Below are positions 16,787-27,498 of a stretch of 57,324 nt of DNA, piece by piece. Each line of letters starts with the position of its first letter. Position 1 is the stretch's first letter. The position numbers were made by a program, and so were the translations under genes. The notes under the pieces were generated by a model. The model did no database searches and was not told where the DNA came from. It saw only the letters and a program-made list of their open reading frames with translations. This stretch comes from a virus (taxonomy: Duplodnaviria > Caudoviricetes), in IMG/VR virus record IMGVR_UViG_3300030329_003739, positions 1-57,324 of that record; one strand, 5' to 3'.

Positions 16787-19093
16787 ATGGACAGCACTGA
16801 AAAAGAGCATCCTTTCAGGCCTATTGTAGACCAATGGCTGGAAAAGATTAAAAAGGCTAAGAAACAGAAGCACGAACGCTTCGGCAAGTATGCTGAAGAA
16901 GCCATGAAATTCTTTGATGGTTCGCACGACTGGATGTGGAAGGGGGATTACGCTAAATCTAGTGGCGGATTCCTGGATAAAAAGGCCCAAGGCGCTATGC
17001 CTACCTTCCGCATGACAGTCAACCGAGTATTTGAAGCTGTCGCTTTATTTGGTCCGGTATTATATCACCGAAATCCAGTAATTCAGGTTACCCCCAGAGT
17101 AACGCCTAAAATCGAACCTGTCCTGCTTGGCCTTGATCCTGAAAATGAGGAGCAAATCCAGCAAGCTCAGCAGATGATTTTCCAGCAAGACATGGAGAAC
17201 GATAAGAAGCGTAGCTACTCTAGGCTAAAAGAGCATTATTTGAACTGGGTTCAGCAAGAATGCAATAAAAAAGATCAGGCTCGCATGGCTATCAATGAAG
17301 CCATTGTAAAGGGGATGAGCTTTTTATGGACAGAAATGTATCGCCCTAGTGGTTCTGAGATCAATGTTCCGCGAAGTTTTTATGTTTCTGTTGATGATGT
17401 TGTAATCGACCCTGATGCTCAGTATTGGGAAGATGTTCAGTGGGTTGCCCGTCGCTGCGTTCACCCTCGCTGGAAGGTTGAGAGAGAGTATGGAATTGAA
17501 GGTAAGCTAAAAGGCACCAAATCATCTCTTAATAAGCAAGCAGAGAAAACTAACCGAAACGCCAAAGAGGATTCTGGCTCTAAGAGGACTGGCGATTCTT
17601 TTGATTTGGTCGAATATTGGCAGATTTACTCTAAATCAGGCTTCGGGGCGAGACTCAAAAAAACAGGCGTCACTAAGGAAGTTAAAGAGAAGTTCGATTA
17701 TGAGCAATTTGGGGACTTTTGCTATATAGCTGTTAGTGAAGACTGCCCTTATCCTTTGAACATGCCACCCGAAGCTATGGAAGGTGAGTCTGAAGAGCTG
17801 TTTTTACGCTCTCAATGGCCTATCCCGTTCTGGACTGATGGCGGTTGGCCGTTTAGCAAACTGCACTTCTACGAAAAGCCAAAAGAAATATGGCCAATCT
17901 CCCTTATTAAGCCTGCTATCGGGGAGCTTCGGTTTGTTAACTGGTGTATGTCTTTCCTTGCTGACAAAGTAGCTGCATCCTCTACTACTTATGTTGCTAT
18001 TGCGAAGGCTGCGGGTGCAGAAATACAAGATCAAATTAAGTCCGGCGTTGGCCCATATACTCACATAGAAATATCTGAGATATTTGGGCGTAGTGTTAGT
18101 GACGTAGTTTCATTCCTGGACGCACCATCGTTTAACGTCGATATATGGCGGATGGTGTCTGAAGTTCTGGACATGATCGACAAGAGAACCGGGCTCACGG
18201 AATTGCTTTATGGGCTTTCCGGTGGTACTCAGATTCGATCAGCTACAGAAGCGGATGTGCGAAACCAGAACGTATCCGTTCGTCCAGATGATATGGCTTC
18301 CCGAGTGGAAGATTGGCTAAGCAAGTGTGCTGTAAACGAAATGCTTGCTGCGGAATGGGGATTAGGAGCAAATGACGTACATCACGTTCTTGGCCCCACA
18401 GGCGCAATGATCTGGGAGCAACAGATCCAGCAACAAGAGTTCGAGCGAACGGTTCGAGACTACGATTATCGAATTGAAGCAGGATCTGCAAGGAAGCCTA
18501 ATAAAACAAATATTATTAGGCAGCTAAATGACTTTGCACAGATAGCATTTCCTATGATTCAACAGTTCGTAGAGATGGGAATGGACGGTCCTTACAATGC
18601 GTTTATGCGTGACTGGGCAAAAGCCAACGAAATGGACGTAGAACCATACCTTCTTGACCTGGAAGAGCTGAAGCAAAAAGAGCAAGAGCAGGAACAGGCA
18701 GCGAAAGAAGGACAAGAGCCAGATCCTGAGCAGCAAGCACAGGAAATGCAGATGCAATATCAGCAACAGCAAATGCAACACGAGCAGCAGAAGGGGCAGC
18801 TTGAACTACAGAAGATGCAGATGGAAATGCAGCTTAAACAGGCTGAGTTACAGTCTAAAGCGTCTGGTGGAGACTCTTCGGCTAGGATTGCGGAAGAGAA
18901 AATGCAACTTGAAGCAGAGAAAATGCGTCTTGATGCACAATCTCACCAGCAAGAGCTACAGCAGGATTCGGAACGACACGATATGGAAATGGAACAAGCT
19001 AGGGAAAAGCATCAAATGGAGATGGAATTCCTTCGGCTAAAGAGTGAAGCAGAAAAAAGACGAAATACTGCTCAGGCATCAGATAGCAATTAA
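16787..19093 (+). CDS. portal protein with long Gln-rich C-terminal coiled coil
   Basis: 768 aa after terL; VVIDPDA, TGLTELLYG...SATEA, DYRIEAGS motifs typical of podovirus portals. Confidence 0.88.
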   Translation: MDSTEKEHPFRPIVDQWLEKIKKAKKQKHERFGKYAEEAMKFFDGSHDWMWKGDYAKSSGGFLDKKAQGAMPTFRMTVNRVFEAVALFGPVLYHRNPVIQVTPRVTPKIEPVLLGLDPENEEQIQQAQQMIFQQDMENDKKRSYSRLKEHYLNWVQQECNKKDQARMAINEAIVKGMSFLWTEMYRPSGSEINVPRSFYVSVDDVVIDPDAQYWEDVQWVARRCVHPRWKVEREYGIEGKLKGTKSSLNKQAEKTNRNAKEDSGSKRTGDSFDLVEYWQIYSKSGFGARLKKTGVTKEVKEKFDYEQFGDFCYIAVSEDCPYPLNMPPEAMEGESEELFLRSQWPIPFWTDGGWPFSKLHFYEKPKEIWPISLIKPAIGELRFVNWCMSFLADKVAASSTTYVAIAKAAGAEIQDQIKSGVGPYTHIEISEIFGRSVSDVVSFLDAPSFNVDIWRMVSEVLDMIDKRTGLTELLYGLSGGTQIRSATEADVRNQNVSVRPDDMASRVEDWLSKCAVNEMLAAEWGLGANDVHHVLGPTGAMIWEQQIQQQEFERTVRDYDYRIEAGSARKPNKTNIIRQLNDFAQIAFPMIQQFVEMGMDGPYNAFMRDWAKANEMDVEPYLLDLEELKQKEQEQEQAAKEGQEPDPEQQAQEMQMQYQQQQMQHEQQKGQLELQKMQMEMQLKQAELQSKASGGDSSARIAEEKMQLEAEKMRLDAQSHQQELQQDSERHDMEMEQAREKHQMEMEFLRLKSEAEKRRNTAQASDSN

Positions 19094-19102
19094 GGATAAA
19101 AT

Positions 19103-19660
19103 ATGAGTAAGCACCCAGACTATGAACGGTATCGCAAGCAGTGTGAAGAAGCTGGTAGGGTAGATTTCTACGAACATCTTATACTTGAAGGGAATAACCC
19201 TGGCTTTGCTGCTATGCTTGCGATGCAACGTCCTGCAGGAACTAAAGGAACTGAGCGTGCTTTTCTTGAAGGGCAGCAGCACTGGGCAGATAAAATCAGC
19301 CATGACTGTGCTACTGAACTACATCGTCAAGCTAAGAATGCCGGTATCTCTACTCAGGGCAAAAAATACATTGGTGGGCTAGGTAGGCCTACAGACAAGA
19401 TGGCCTGGGTTTCCACACAAGATGATGTGTCAGCTGCACTAAAGGCTAAAGGTTTAAGTGCTGTTGGTGGGGTCAATTACAAAGCCCCGGAAAGAGAATT
19501 CAAGGGCAGAAAGAAATTAGGCGATGATATTGTCGCTAGATATATGCTAGAAGAAATGTCCAAGGATCCTTCGTTAGCAAAAAAGGCAGAGAAAAACTCT
19601 AAAGTTATGAAACAGCTTAAAGAAAAAGTTATTTCTAAACACACGAAAGGCAAAAAGTAA
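19103..19660 (+). CDS. basic hypothetical protein downstream of portal
   Basis: AAGGA RBS; TAATG coupling to the next gene. Confidence 0.8.
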   Translation: MSKHPDYERYRKQCEEAGRVDFYEHLILEGNNPGFAAMLAMQRPAGTKGTERAFLEGQQHWADKISHDCATELHRQAKNAGISTQGKKYIGGLGRPTDKMAWVSTQDDVSAALKAKGLSAVGGVNYKAPEREFKGRKKLGDDIVARYMLEEMSKDPSLAKKAEKNSKVMKQLKEKVISKHTKGKK

Positions 19661-21726
19661 TGGCTAAGTATTATAAGCCTAGTGGAGATAAGCGAAGAAA
19701 TATACGTAAACATGCTCCTCTTATGGACATGTCTCCATATCCAACAATGGGCTATGACAGCTCAGGTGCGCCAGTGCTTCCTCAGTCTCCATTGGGGGCT
19801 TTTCCTGACGACCCCATGGCTGCGGCCATGGCAGCTCAAGCTGATTCTATTGGCCAGCCTATGGGACCTGGGATAGGCCCTCATGATGCTGGTGGAACTG
19901 CCGATGAATATCGCCAATGGATGAGTCTTAGCGACCAACAAAAAGATGAGAAGATAAGAAACGGCGAAATCAACGAATTCAAACTTGCAATGTTTGCGCA
20001 ACAGGCTGCACTGGAAGAAGCTGGTGGATGGCAAGGATTGCCTTCAAATCAGGGATGGGACCAACCTCAATCTCAGCCTTCAGCCCCTCCTGCCCCCGCT
20101 GACCCAGAAGAGCTTCGCAGGATAAGAGAGCAAAGTGCTAACCTTGATAATATTTTGGCGGGACAAGAAGCAGGCCTAACCCTGTCGGACATGATGAACC
20201 CTCAAGGCATGGAGATGGGACCGCGCTCTACAGGATCTACGCCATGGGAGCCTAAAGACAATGCGCCTTACGAAAATCCTGTTTGGTATCCAGATTCGGG
20301 AATGAGCTCTGGAAATGAAGAAGGCATCAATAAAGTGCGGGACATGGTTCTTGATGAGGCCAATGACCCAAACCAGGGAAACAGAGTTTTAATAAAAGAA
20401 TCAGGGGATGGCCCAGGGACTACCGAAAAACGCACTATAAGAGGAAAGACAGCGGGACATCGAACAGGCACCGTCACAGATCAATCAAGCCCAGATTTTG
20501 GTGCTCAGTACGATATGGATAAGTGGAGGTACGATCCTGAGATAAAAAGAGTCGTGCCAAGAGAAGGCTCTACGGGAATCGGGCCAGGAGAAGGCGTTTC
20601 CCCAGGACCTAGTCCCGGTTCTGCTCCAGGCCCTGGAGGTATGGGTCCAGTTCCCGGTATGGGCCCGGGTTCTGCTGGCGGAGGTTCTGTTCCCGGTGGT
20701 GGCATGGGAGGCATGGGTGGAGCCCCCGATGCAGGTAGCGGCACAGGCGAAGGCTCTTTGCCAGATGTTATGATACCTGAAGCATCGCCACTTCCTGGTC
20801 CTAATAGGGGAATGCCGCCAATGGCTCCTCCGCAGGGAATGCCGCCAAGCCAAGCTAGGCCTATGCCTGCTCCGATGCCTATGGATGTTCCACCAATGGA
20901 TGGAATGACTCCGCCGATGCCTCCAATGCAGCCAAGGCCTTTACCTCCGCAAGCTAATACGCTGCCCCCAGCGGAAATGCCAGAGGAATATCCTCAGCCT
21001 CCGGCTCCAGTCCCTCCTAGGCAGCAAGGCAACATACCTCCAATCGCACCATTAGGCCAACCAGATGTTATGATACCTGAAGCACCGCCACTTCCTGGCC
21101 CTAACAGGGGAATGCCACTCCCGCAGGGACAGGAGGCCGATGCTCCCATTAACACCCCAGGAGAACTAGAACAAACATTACCAGAAATTGAAAAAGCTCC
21201 TCCGGGGGCTGATACCTCGGGTGAAGGAGGGATGATAGGTGGGAGACCGGCAAAACCTGGAGAACAGGTTTTTGGTACTGGGCCTTCAGACGAGAAAAAG
21301 CCTATTCCACCGCTGCCTCCTTTAGTAAACCCAAATCCGGCTGAGGGGTGGCTGGAGCCTGCGAAAGAGTTCCACAGAAACTTCTTTGATGAGTTAATTG
21401 GTCCCGACCAGAGAAAGGCATTTGAGAGTTTAATTGATGCTCTTTTAGGGTCTAATAATCCGCAGGAAAGGGATGCTGTCGATCAACAAGTAGCATCTGT
21501 TCTGATGGGCGGAGCCCCGATTCAAACTAACGATCTATCTATGTCTCCTAAGCAAAGACAAGCTATGCAAAAGTTAGACATCAATAACGATGGTGTTGTT
21601 ACTCAAGAAGACATATTTGGATTGCCGACAATGAGGATTGCAGATGTTACCAATCCAGATAATCCTAGAGTGCCCCAAGGGGATATATTAAATAAACTAA
21701 GAGCTTACCGTCAGCAAATGGGTTAA
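19660..21726 (+). CDS. Pro/Gly/Met-rich disordered protein with C-terminal EF-hand/dockerin-like loop
   Basis: 688 aa; KLDINNDGVVTQEDI; duplicated PDVMIPEAxPLPGPNRGMP. Confidence 0.75.
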   Translation: MAKYYKPSGDKRRNIRKHAPLMDMSPYPTMGYDSSGAPVLPQSPLGAFPDDPMAAAMAAQADSIGQPMGPGIGPHDAGGTADEYRQWMSLSDQQKDEKIRNGEINEFKLAMFAQQAALEEAGGWQGLPSNQGWDQPQSQPSAPPAPADPEELRRIREQSANLDNILAGQEAGLTLSDMMNPQGMEMGPRSTGSTPWEPKDNAPYENPVWYPDSGMSSGNEEGINKVRDMVLDEANDPNQGNRVLIKESGDGPGTTEKRTIRGKTAGHRTGTVTDQSSPDFGAQYDMDKWRYDPEIKRVVPREGSTGIGPGEGVSPGPSPGSAPGPGGMGPVPGMGPGSAGGGSVPGGGMGGMGGAPDAGSGTGEGSLPDVMIPEASPLPGPNRGMPPMAPPQGMPPSQARPMPAPMPMDVPPMDGMTPPMPPMQPRPLPPQANTLPPAEMPEEYPQPPAPVPPRQQGNIPPIAPLGQPDVMIPEAPPLPGPNRGMPLPQGQEADAPINTPGELEQTLPEIEKAPPGADTSGEGGMIGGRPAKPGEQVFGTGPSDEKKPIPPLPPLVNPNPAEGWLEPAKEFHRNFFDELIGPDQRKAFESLIDALLGSNNPQERDAVDQQVASVLMGGAPIQTNDLSMSPKQRQAMQKLDINNDGVVTQEDIFGLPTMRIADVTNPDNPRVPQGDILNKLRAYRQQMG
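20761..21116 (+). repeat. 56-bp direct repeat x2, 300 bp apart
   Basis: 20761-20816 vs 21061-21116, three mismatches, in frame. Confidence 0.88.
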
Positions 21727-21730
21727 TCAC

Positions 21731-22915
21731 ATGGCAGTATCCGACAGCGTAACTCTCTATTCCGACATACTGGATTACATTACTGCCCTGACAGACGGTG
21801 GTGCTAGAACTAAAGATCTCCGTATGCACAAAGAAGCAATTCTTGGTGCATATCGTGATATATCTATGGGTAATGAATGGGCGTATTACATTGCAGAAGG
21901 TCGCATAGATCTAGATGCAAAGTATAGCACCGGAAAGGTGACTTATACTGCATCCACTAGAACTCTTGTAATACAGGATGGGGGAACCTGGCCTTCATGG
22001 ATTAAGTATGGGCGTATTCGCATAGATGATTCTGTATACACTGTAGAAAAAACTACAGACACAGCAGCTAATATCATCCTGGACGCTTCTAATTGCCCTG
22101 CTGCCAACATTTCCTCTGCTGTAACGTATGATGCGTACCGAACTGAGTACCCGCTTCCAGACGACATGTGGAGGCTTTACGACGTTGGCGTAGAAAAGAA
22201 CAACTGGGTCACATACTACATTACTCCTACTGAGTGGCAGCAAAGAGAGAGGTATCTAAGCTCCGGTGGGCAGACTTGGGCTTGGACAATCATGAAAAAT
22301 TCGGATGCAGATGGAAAGTGGTCGTTGTTTGTAGATCCTTATCCTACTGAATCTGAGCCTCTTATGTTTATGTACAGAAGAAAGCCGAGAACTCTTAGGT
22401 GGGCTGGAACAGAGGTAAAAGCAAGGGCTTCATCAACCCAAAATGCTACAGCTTCCGCAACAAACACATATCTAACTACAGATACCGAGCTGCCAGCAAG
22501 TATGGTAGGTGCAGTTATAAGATTATCCGAAACTACTACGCATCCTACAGGTCTAGCTGGCGTAAATCCTTATTACGAGCAGCATAAGATAAGCTCTATT
22601 AGTGGCACCACAGTAAATCTTGACGATGCTATTGGCAAGTCTGGTGGATACGCAAATAAATATTTTGTTGTGTCCGATCCCGTTGATATGTCTGAAAGCA
22701 TGATCGAAGCATTTAAGGCTGAGGTTGAATATCGAATTGCTCGTATGTCCAACGATCAGAGAGACACTGTTCAGGCTCGTCGTATTGCTGACTACCAGCT
22801 TCGCAGATCCTTAGAGGCCGAGTCGAGATTTAAGGAGAGCGGGGGGTACAATCGACAGTCGAGGTACTCCTATCTGTTTACCAACCTGCAAAATGTAATA
22901 ACAACGAGTTCTTGA
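21731..22915 (+). CDS. head-tail adaptor / tail tubular protein A-like, with inserted beta-rich domains
   Basis: EYPLPDDM, LFVDPYP, FMYRRKP and C-terminal helices typical of adaptors. Confidence 0.65.
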   Translation: MAVSDSVTLYSDILDYITALTDGGARTKDLRMHKEAILGAYRDISMGNEWAYYIAEGRIDLDAKYSTGKVTYTASTRTLVIQDGGTWPSWIKYGRIRIDDSVYTVEKTTDTAANIILDASNCPAANISSAVTYDAYRTEYPLPDDMWRLYDVGVEKNNWVTYYITPTEWQQRERYLSSGGQTWAWTIMKNSDADGKWSLFVDPYPTESEPLMFMYRRKPRTLRWAGTEVKARASSTQNATASATNTYLTTDTELPASMVGAVIRLSETTTHPTGLAGVNPYYEQHKISSISGTTVNLDDAIGKSGGYANKYFVVSDPVDMSESMIEAFKAEVEYRIARMSNDQRDTVQARRIADYQLRRSLEAESRFKESGGYNRQSRYSYLFTNLQNVITTSS

Positions 22916-22916
22916 C

Positions 22917-25430
22917 ATGGCAAAGATTAGTAATTTTAGCGGCATTGTTAGCAACGCAGACTTTGGTGATGTTCCAGAGGGCGCTGCACAATTCCAAAAA
23001 AATATTAACACTAATAAACCTGGGGTGATTACCCCAAGGAAAGGTATCCAGCCAGCTTCGTTCGGCTCGTCCACTAATATAGCCACTGGGTACAACACCT
23101 TCCAAAGAATGTGCTTCTGTAAAACGCGAACCGGCGAAGTTATAGGCGTTAATGGAATTAACAGAGGCTTTATTTGGGATGGAGTTTCAAACTCAACACA
23201 TGTTCTTGGTGTAGATGCTCCACCTAATGGCCCTACTATAGCAATGTCGTTTATCAATGAGCTTAGCGGTGCCAATGCAATCGACCCTAAAGACACCTCG
23301 GGCGAATATCTAATTACAGATGCCGATCATGGGCTATCAACCGGAGATAAGATCCTTATTGGCGAAGTTGAAGGTACTGGTGCTATTAAACCAGAGCTTA
23401 ATGGAAACAAGTTTACTGTTACAGTGACTTCAAGCAGCCAGTTTTACCTTAACGACACTACAATGGACGGAACCTACACTGAAAACAGTGGGCAATGGTC
23501 TGTTGACGGGCAAGGTGCTACATCGGGGAGTTATCTCTGTGCTTACCGATATAAAACATCAGATGACATTCCGGTTTACAGTGCAATTAGTACCGAAACT
23601 TTACCTGTAGCTCAGACAGCAGACAAATTTACTTGGTCTAATATTACTGCATCTACCAATTCACGAGTATCTAAGATTGAACTGTGGAGAACTACCGCAG
23701 GACAGTTTAAGACTCTGTATAAAGTTGCTGAGATAGACAACGGAACCACAACCTATGTGGATACTAAAGACGACGATACTCTAGCCTTGCAGACTGGCGA
23801 TAATGTAATGGATATTATCGCTGAAGACGGAACCCTTATTGCTAGAAGGCAAGTTCCACCACCAGATCACTTTGCTTACTGCGTAATGTTCCAGGATAGA
23901 TATTTTTATTTTAGTCCTGTGAAATATAACAAAGGCACGTGTGGTACAGGGGGGTCGTCTAGCTCTACACTATCAGGATCTGGGACTGATTGGCCTTCTA
24001 CTTTCGTAGGTAGATATATAGAAATTGAGGGTGAAAGTGAAGCTATTAAAATCACAGCTCACACTAGCGCAACAAATATAACGCTAGAAAAAGCCGTGAC
24101 TGTAGCTGCTGGCAAGAAATACGTCATCTATCCTGACAAAAATACACGTCGCCAGGTGCTATTTAGCTATCAGGATGAGCCCGAAAGCGTGCCTCCTAAC
24201 AATTCATTCACTTTGCAGTCTAATCACAACGATGATGCAGAGATAATAGGTGCAATGCCCTACGGTCCATACCTGTATATCCTAGCAAAGAGGTTCAAAT
24301 ACTCCCTGAGCTATGGAACTACACCTCTTAGAGATGGAAATCTACGATTCTTAGACGATCGAGGTGCATTTAACCACTATTGCTGGGATGTATTTGAAAA
24401 CAAAGCCTATCTAATGGACGATAGTGGCGCATACGAGTTTGATGGCAGCACATCGGAAACTATATCGAAGCAAATTCAAGACATTTGGCGTAAAGACGGC
24501 TCTATTGGAAGCATAGACTATGCCAAGTCGGACAAGTTCTTCGTAAAAACTGACAGGCCTTCCGAAAGAATTTACTTTTTTGTCTCTTTTGTGGGTGATA
24601 GCGGTACATATCCTCGAAGAGCCTTGGTTTATAATATCCGTCGTAAGTCCTGGGATATGATGGAGTATCCTGTACAGATAAGTTCCGCTGGCACAGTAGA
24701 AAGCAGCGGCGAACCTAAGACAATATTGAGTTCTGAGAACGAAGGCGTGTACTTGCTTGATGCAGGGAACACCGACATCGTAACATCAGAGACTAAAGGG
24801 ACTGCAACTTCTTCTACATCAAGTTCTTTGGTTGATTCGGGGGCTTCTTGGGTCGTAAATGCTTTTAGGGACGCCAGTGTTTACATTTACCAGGGAACAG
24901 GGAAGGGACAGCGCAGGACAATCTCCAGTAACAACGGAACGACTCTGAATATAACCCCAAATTGGACAACTAATCCTGATACTACGTCCAAGTACAGCGT
25001 AGGCGCTATCCAGTGGGAGTGGAAGTCCGGAAGTTATGCGTTTCCTGAAGCTGAAGGTCGTGCGAAGCGTGAATTTTCCATGAAGTTTAGGCCTACAGAC
25101 ACCGATACCGCGTTAGATCTCCGAATTTACTACAACGGGGACGATGATCCCGTTTCTTACGAGATGGCACAGGATTTAGGCGGTGCAGTAGAGATACAAG
25201 ACGAACATAAAGAAGATGTAGTCTTTAATATCGGCAAAAACTTTAGCGAGCTTGAGGAATCTACTGGAAGAGAGAAGTTTAGGTTCGATGGGATGTATTC
25301 TACCCTAGCAACAGGGGAGCATAAGGTTGCCTTCGAGTTGCGTGGGCATTCAGCCACCGAAAAGCCAGAAATACAGCTTATTGAAATAGAAGGTGTGTCT
25401 GGCCCATCAACTACAGCCGGAGACAGCTAA
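22917..25430 (+). CDS. tail nozzle / tubular protein B-like
   Basis: 837 aa, NFSG..SNAD...VPEGA...NI...PG.I.PRKG start, beta-rich, follows adaptor. Confidence 0.7.
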   Translation: MAKISNFSGIVSNADFGDVPEGAAQFQKNINTNKPGVITPRKGIQPASFGSSTNIATGYNTFQRMCFCKTRTGEVIGVNGINRGFIWDGVSNSTHVLGVDAPPNGPTIAMSFINELSGANAIDPKDTSGEYLITDADHGLSTGDKILIGEVEGTGAIKPELNGNKFTVTVTSSSQFYLNDTTMDGTYTENSGQWSVDGQGATSGSYLCAYRYKTSDDIPVYSAISTETLPVAQTADKFTWSNITASTNSRVSKIELWRTTAGQFKTLYKVAEIDNGTTTYVDTKDDDTLALQTGDNVMDIIAEDGTLIARRQVPPPDHFAYCVMFQDRYFYFSPVKYNKGTCGTGGSSSSTLSGSGTDWPSTFVGRYIEIEGESEAIKITAHTSATNITLEKAVTVAAGKKYVIYPDKNTRRQVLFSYQDEPESVPPNNSFTLQSNHNDDAEIIGAMPYGPYLYILAKRFKYSLSYGTTPLRDGNLRFLDDRGAFNHYCWDVFENKAYLMDDSGAYEFDGSTSETISKQIQDIWRKDGSIGSIDYAKSDKFFVKTDRPSERIYFFVSFVGDSGTYPRRALVYNIRRKSWDMMEYPVQISSAGTVESSGEPKTILSSENEGVYLLDAGNTDIVTSETKGTATSSTSSSLVDSGASWVVNAFRDASVYIYQGTGKGQRRTISSNNGTTLNITPNWTTNPDTTSKYSVGAIQWEWKSGSYAFPEAEGRAKREFSMKFRPTDTDTALDLRIYYNGDDDPVSYEMAQDLGGAVEIQDEHKEDVVFNIGKNFSELEESTGREKFRFDGMYSTLATGEHKVAFELRGHSATEKPEIQLIEIEGVSGPSTTAGDS

Positions 25431-26302
25431 TGTTTAGCAAACAAGCCGGACTGTTTGACTCTTTGACCGCAGATGGACTAAGCCCTTCTGCGGTAAAGAC
25501 GCTTAAATCTATATTCTGCAATCCCCAGGCAAGCCTAGAGCATGATGGATTTATATCTCTTACTACAGAGATTACAAGTACTGACATGCGTTCTGCTAGG
25601 TGGGCCAAGTGTCAATATAACTGGGAGTACGACAGGGATCCACCAAGCAAGGGCGGGCATATGGCATTTGTTAGAGCCCAAGAGTGCAATGATCCTACTG
25701 GAGTAGGTGCTTCAGGTGACTTGCTTAAAATATACCTACCTGTCTCAGGATCTCAAGATCCCAACATAGAGTCAGGCGAAACAATAATGTTTTTTAAGAC
25801 TGCCAATGGCCAGTATGTAGCTCCTGGCTATGGAGATAATCGCATAGGCAGTATAATTATGGGAAGCCAAGCAGATAAGGGTATAAAAGGTTATGCCCTT
25901 TGTAATGGGACTGAAAATGCTAAAGGATCCTCCTCTGGAAACGGAACTGGGATTAACTTAGCCACAAAGTTTCCACGCTGCTGGTCTAGTCCGTCTGATA
26001 GCGGTGGGACCGGGGGTAGTGCTACAGGCGCATTAACACTAGAAGGTACAGTTAGTGGTACTGATATTGGAAACCACAGTCATACCTTGAGTGAAACAAC
26101 TATTGGTACAGGAAGCGAAAGTACAGTCACTGTTATTACTGGAACTCCAACAGGGGATTCAGGTATAGACCTTACTAGTGTAAACGTAACTTTTACTGGA
26201 GCAAGTGGCAGCGGTAGCCCAACCGCGGCAACAATTCCTCCTTATACATATGTTTCTTTTTTAGAACGAGTAGACAATTCAAGAAACGGAATAGGTGATT
26301 AA
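25430..26302 (+). CDS. tail collar / short fibre-like protein
   Basis: IGSIIM...GYALCNG...NLATKFPR...GGTGGS...HSHT...IPPY pattern. Confidence 0.7.
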   Translation: MFSKQAGLFDSLTADGLSPSAVKTLKSIFCNPQASLEHDGFISLTTEITSTDMRSARWAKCQYNWEYDRDPPSKGGHMAFVRAQECNDPTGVGASGDLLKIYLPVSGSQDPNIESGETIMFFKTANGQYVAPGYGDNRIGSIIMGSQADKGIKGYALCNGTENAKGSSSGNGTGINLATKFPRCWSSPSDSGGTGGSATGALTLEGTVSGTDIGNHSHTLSETTIGTGSESTVTVITGTPTGDSGIDLTSVNVTFTGASGSGSPTAATIPPYTYVSFLERVDNSRNGIGD

Positions 26303-27490
26303 ATGTCAAATTATCCAGTATATTCAGGCCCAACAGATAACGGCAGAATAATAAAAAATTATATTGTCAATCGCCTGATGAGTAGCGGTTTCAGTCGAAA
26401 CGAAATAGACGCACTGATGGCCAAGTACAAAACAGATGAGGAGTTTGTGGCTGGCCTTAAGAGGGCAAAAGGTGCTGATAATCTGTTTAATTGGTTTAGA
26501 GATAGGATAAAACGCGATCGACCCAGTGCTCAAGAAGAATATGAGCGTCGCATGGAAAACACCAGACGCGGTGTTCGCGGTGGATTCGGAGACAATGCAG
26601 ACGACAAAGACAGAGACTTGATTCGCAGAGGGCAGGACAGAAACGCACAAGGCGACATCTGGGGCGGCTTTGGTCAGGGTGCTTTAGGTGCCCAGTGGAA
26701 TGCTTGGGGAAATATACTCGGTCGAAATCCACAACTTGCAAATGCGTTAATGGGTCCTAGGTTTAGCCCTGGAGCCTGGATGACTCAAGGCTTTTTGAAC
26801 ACCCTGCCAAACATGGTTAACCAGCTAAATAATAATATTTGGGAAACCATGAAACACAATATTGCTCAACGCAACTTCTTGCGCCAGGGTCAGTTTGCCG
26901 AAAAGCGATGGAATGACTATATGGCTTTAATGCGTGAAATGATGGGCAATAAGCTAGAGCTTGGAAAGGGTTATCTTGCTGCATTGCCTGACTACGCCAA
27001 AGGGTTGGGTACTGCTATAGCTGGAATCAACGCTGTTAATCCGGGTGGCCCACAGGCAATCGAAGATAAAAACAATATTGATGCGTTTTCTCAAGCTGTC
27101 GAACCAACTGAAGTTCTTCCCGAGCTTGCTCACTTTGCTGGCCAGGATGGTGCTGGCAGTGAAGTTGCAAGAGCTGCATTGGGTAAGGCTCAAACAGAAT
27201 ATGGTTCCGATGTAGTTGATCCAGGGCTCGATGCAAGCCGCAAAGAGTTTATTGAAGGTCATGCTGCTGGTGCCAAAGGGATACACGGAATGCAGGCGCA
27301 AAGCAATCGAGGTCGTGATCGCGAAGCCAATGAAAGAAAATCTAGGGTTAATCGAGCCACCGGCCTTGCTATTGCTGACTTGCAAGCCAGAGTTAACAAA
27401 GCAGGTCTTGCAAACAAGCATCGCCAAAACATGATTCGCAATAGCATGGACATGTTTAACATGGGTATGCCAGACTTTAATTTTGGTTAG
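26303..27490 (+). CDS. putative internal virion (ejection) protein
   Basis: Position after tail genes; helical, Gly/Ala/Asn-rich. Confidence 0.55.
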   Translation: MSNYPVYSGPTDNGRIIKNYIVNRLMSSGFSRNEIDALMAKYKTDEEFVAGLKRAKGADNLFNWFRDRIKRDRPSAQEEYERRMENTRRGVRGGFGDNADDKDRDLIRRGQDRNAQGDIWGGFGQGALGAQWNAWGNILGRNPQLANALMGPRFSPGAWMTQGFLNTLPNMVNQLNNNIWETMKHNIAQRNFLRQGQFAEKRWNDYMALMREMMGNKLELGKGYLAALPDYAKGLGTAIAGINAVNPGGPQAIEDKNNIDAFSQAVEPTEVLPELAHFAGQDGAGSEVARAALGKAQTEYGSDVVDPGLDASRKEFIEGHAAGAKGIHGMQAQSNRGRDREANERKSRVNRATGLAIADLQARVNKAGLANKHRQNMIRNSMDMFNMGMPDFNFG

Positions 27491-27498
27491 GAAAAACA

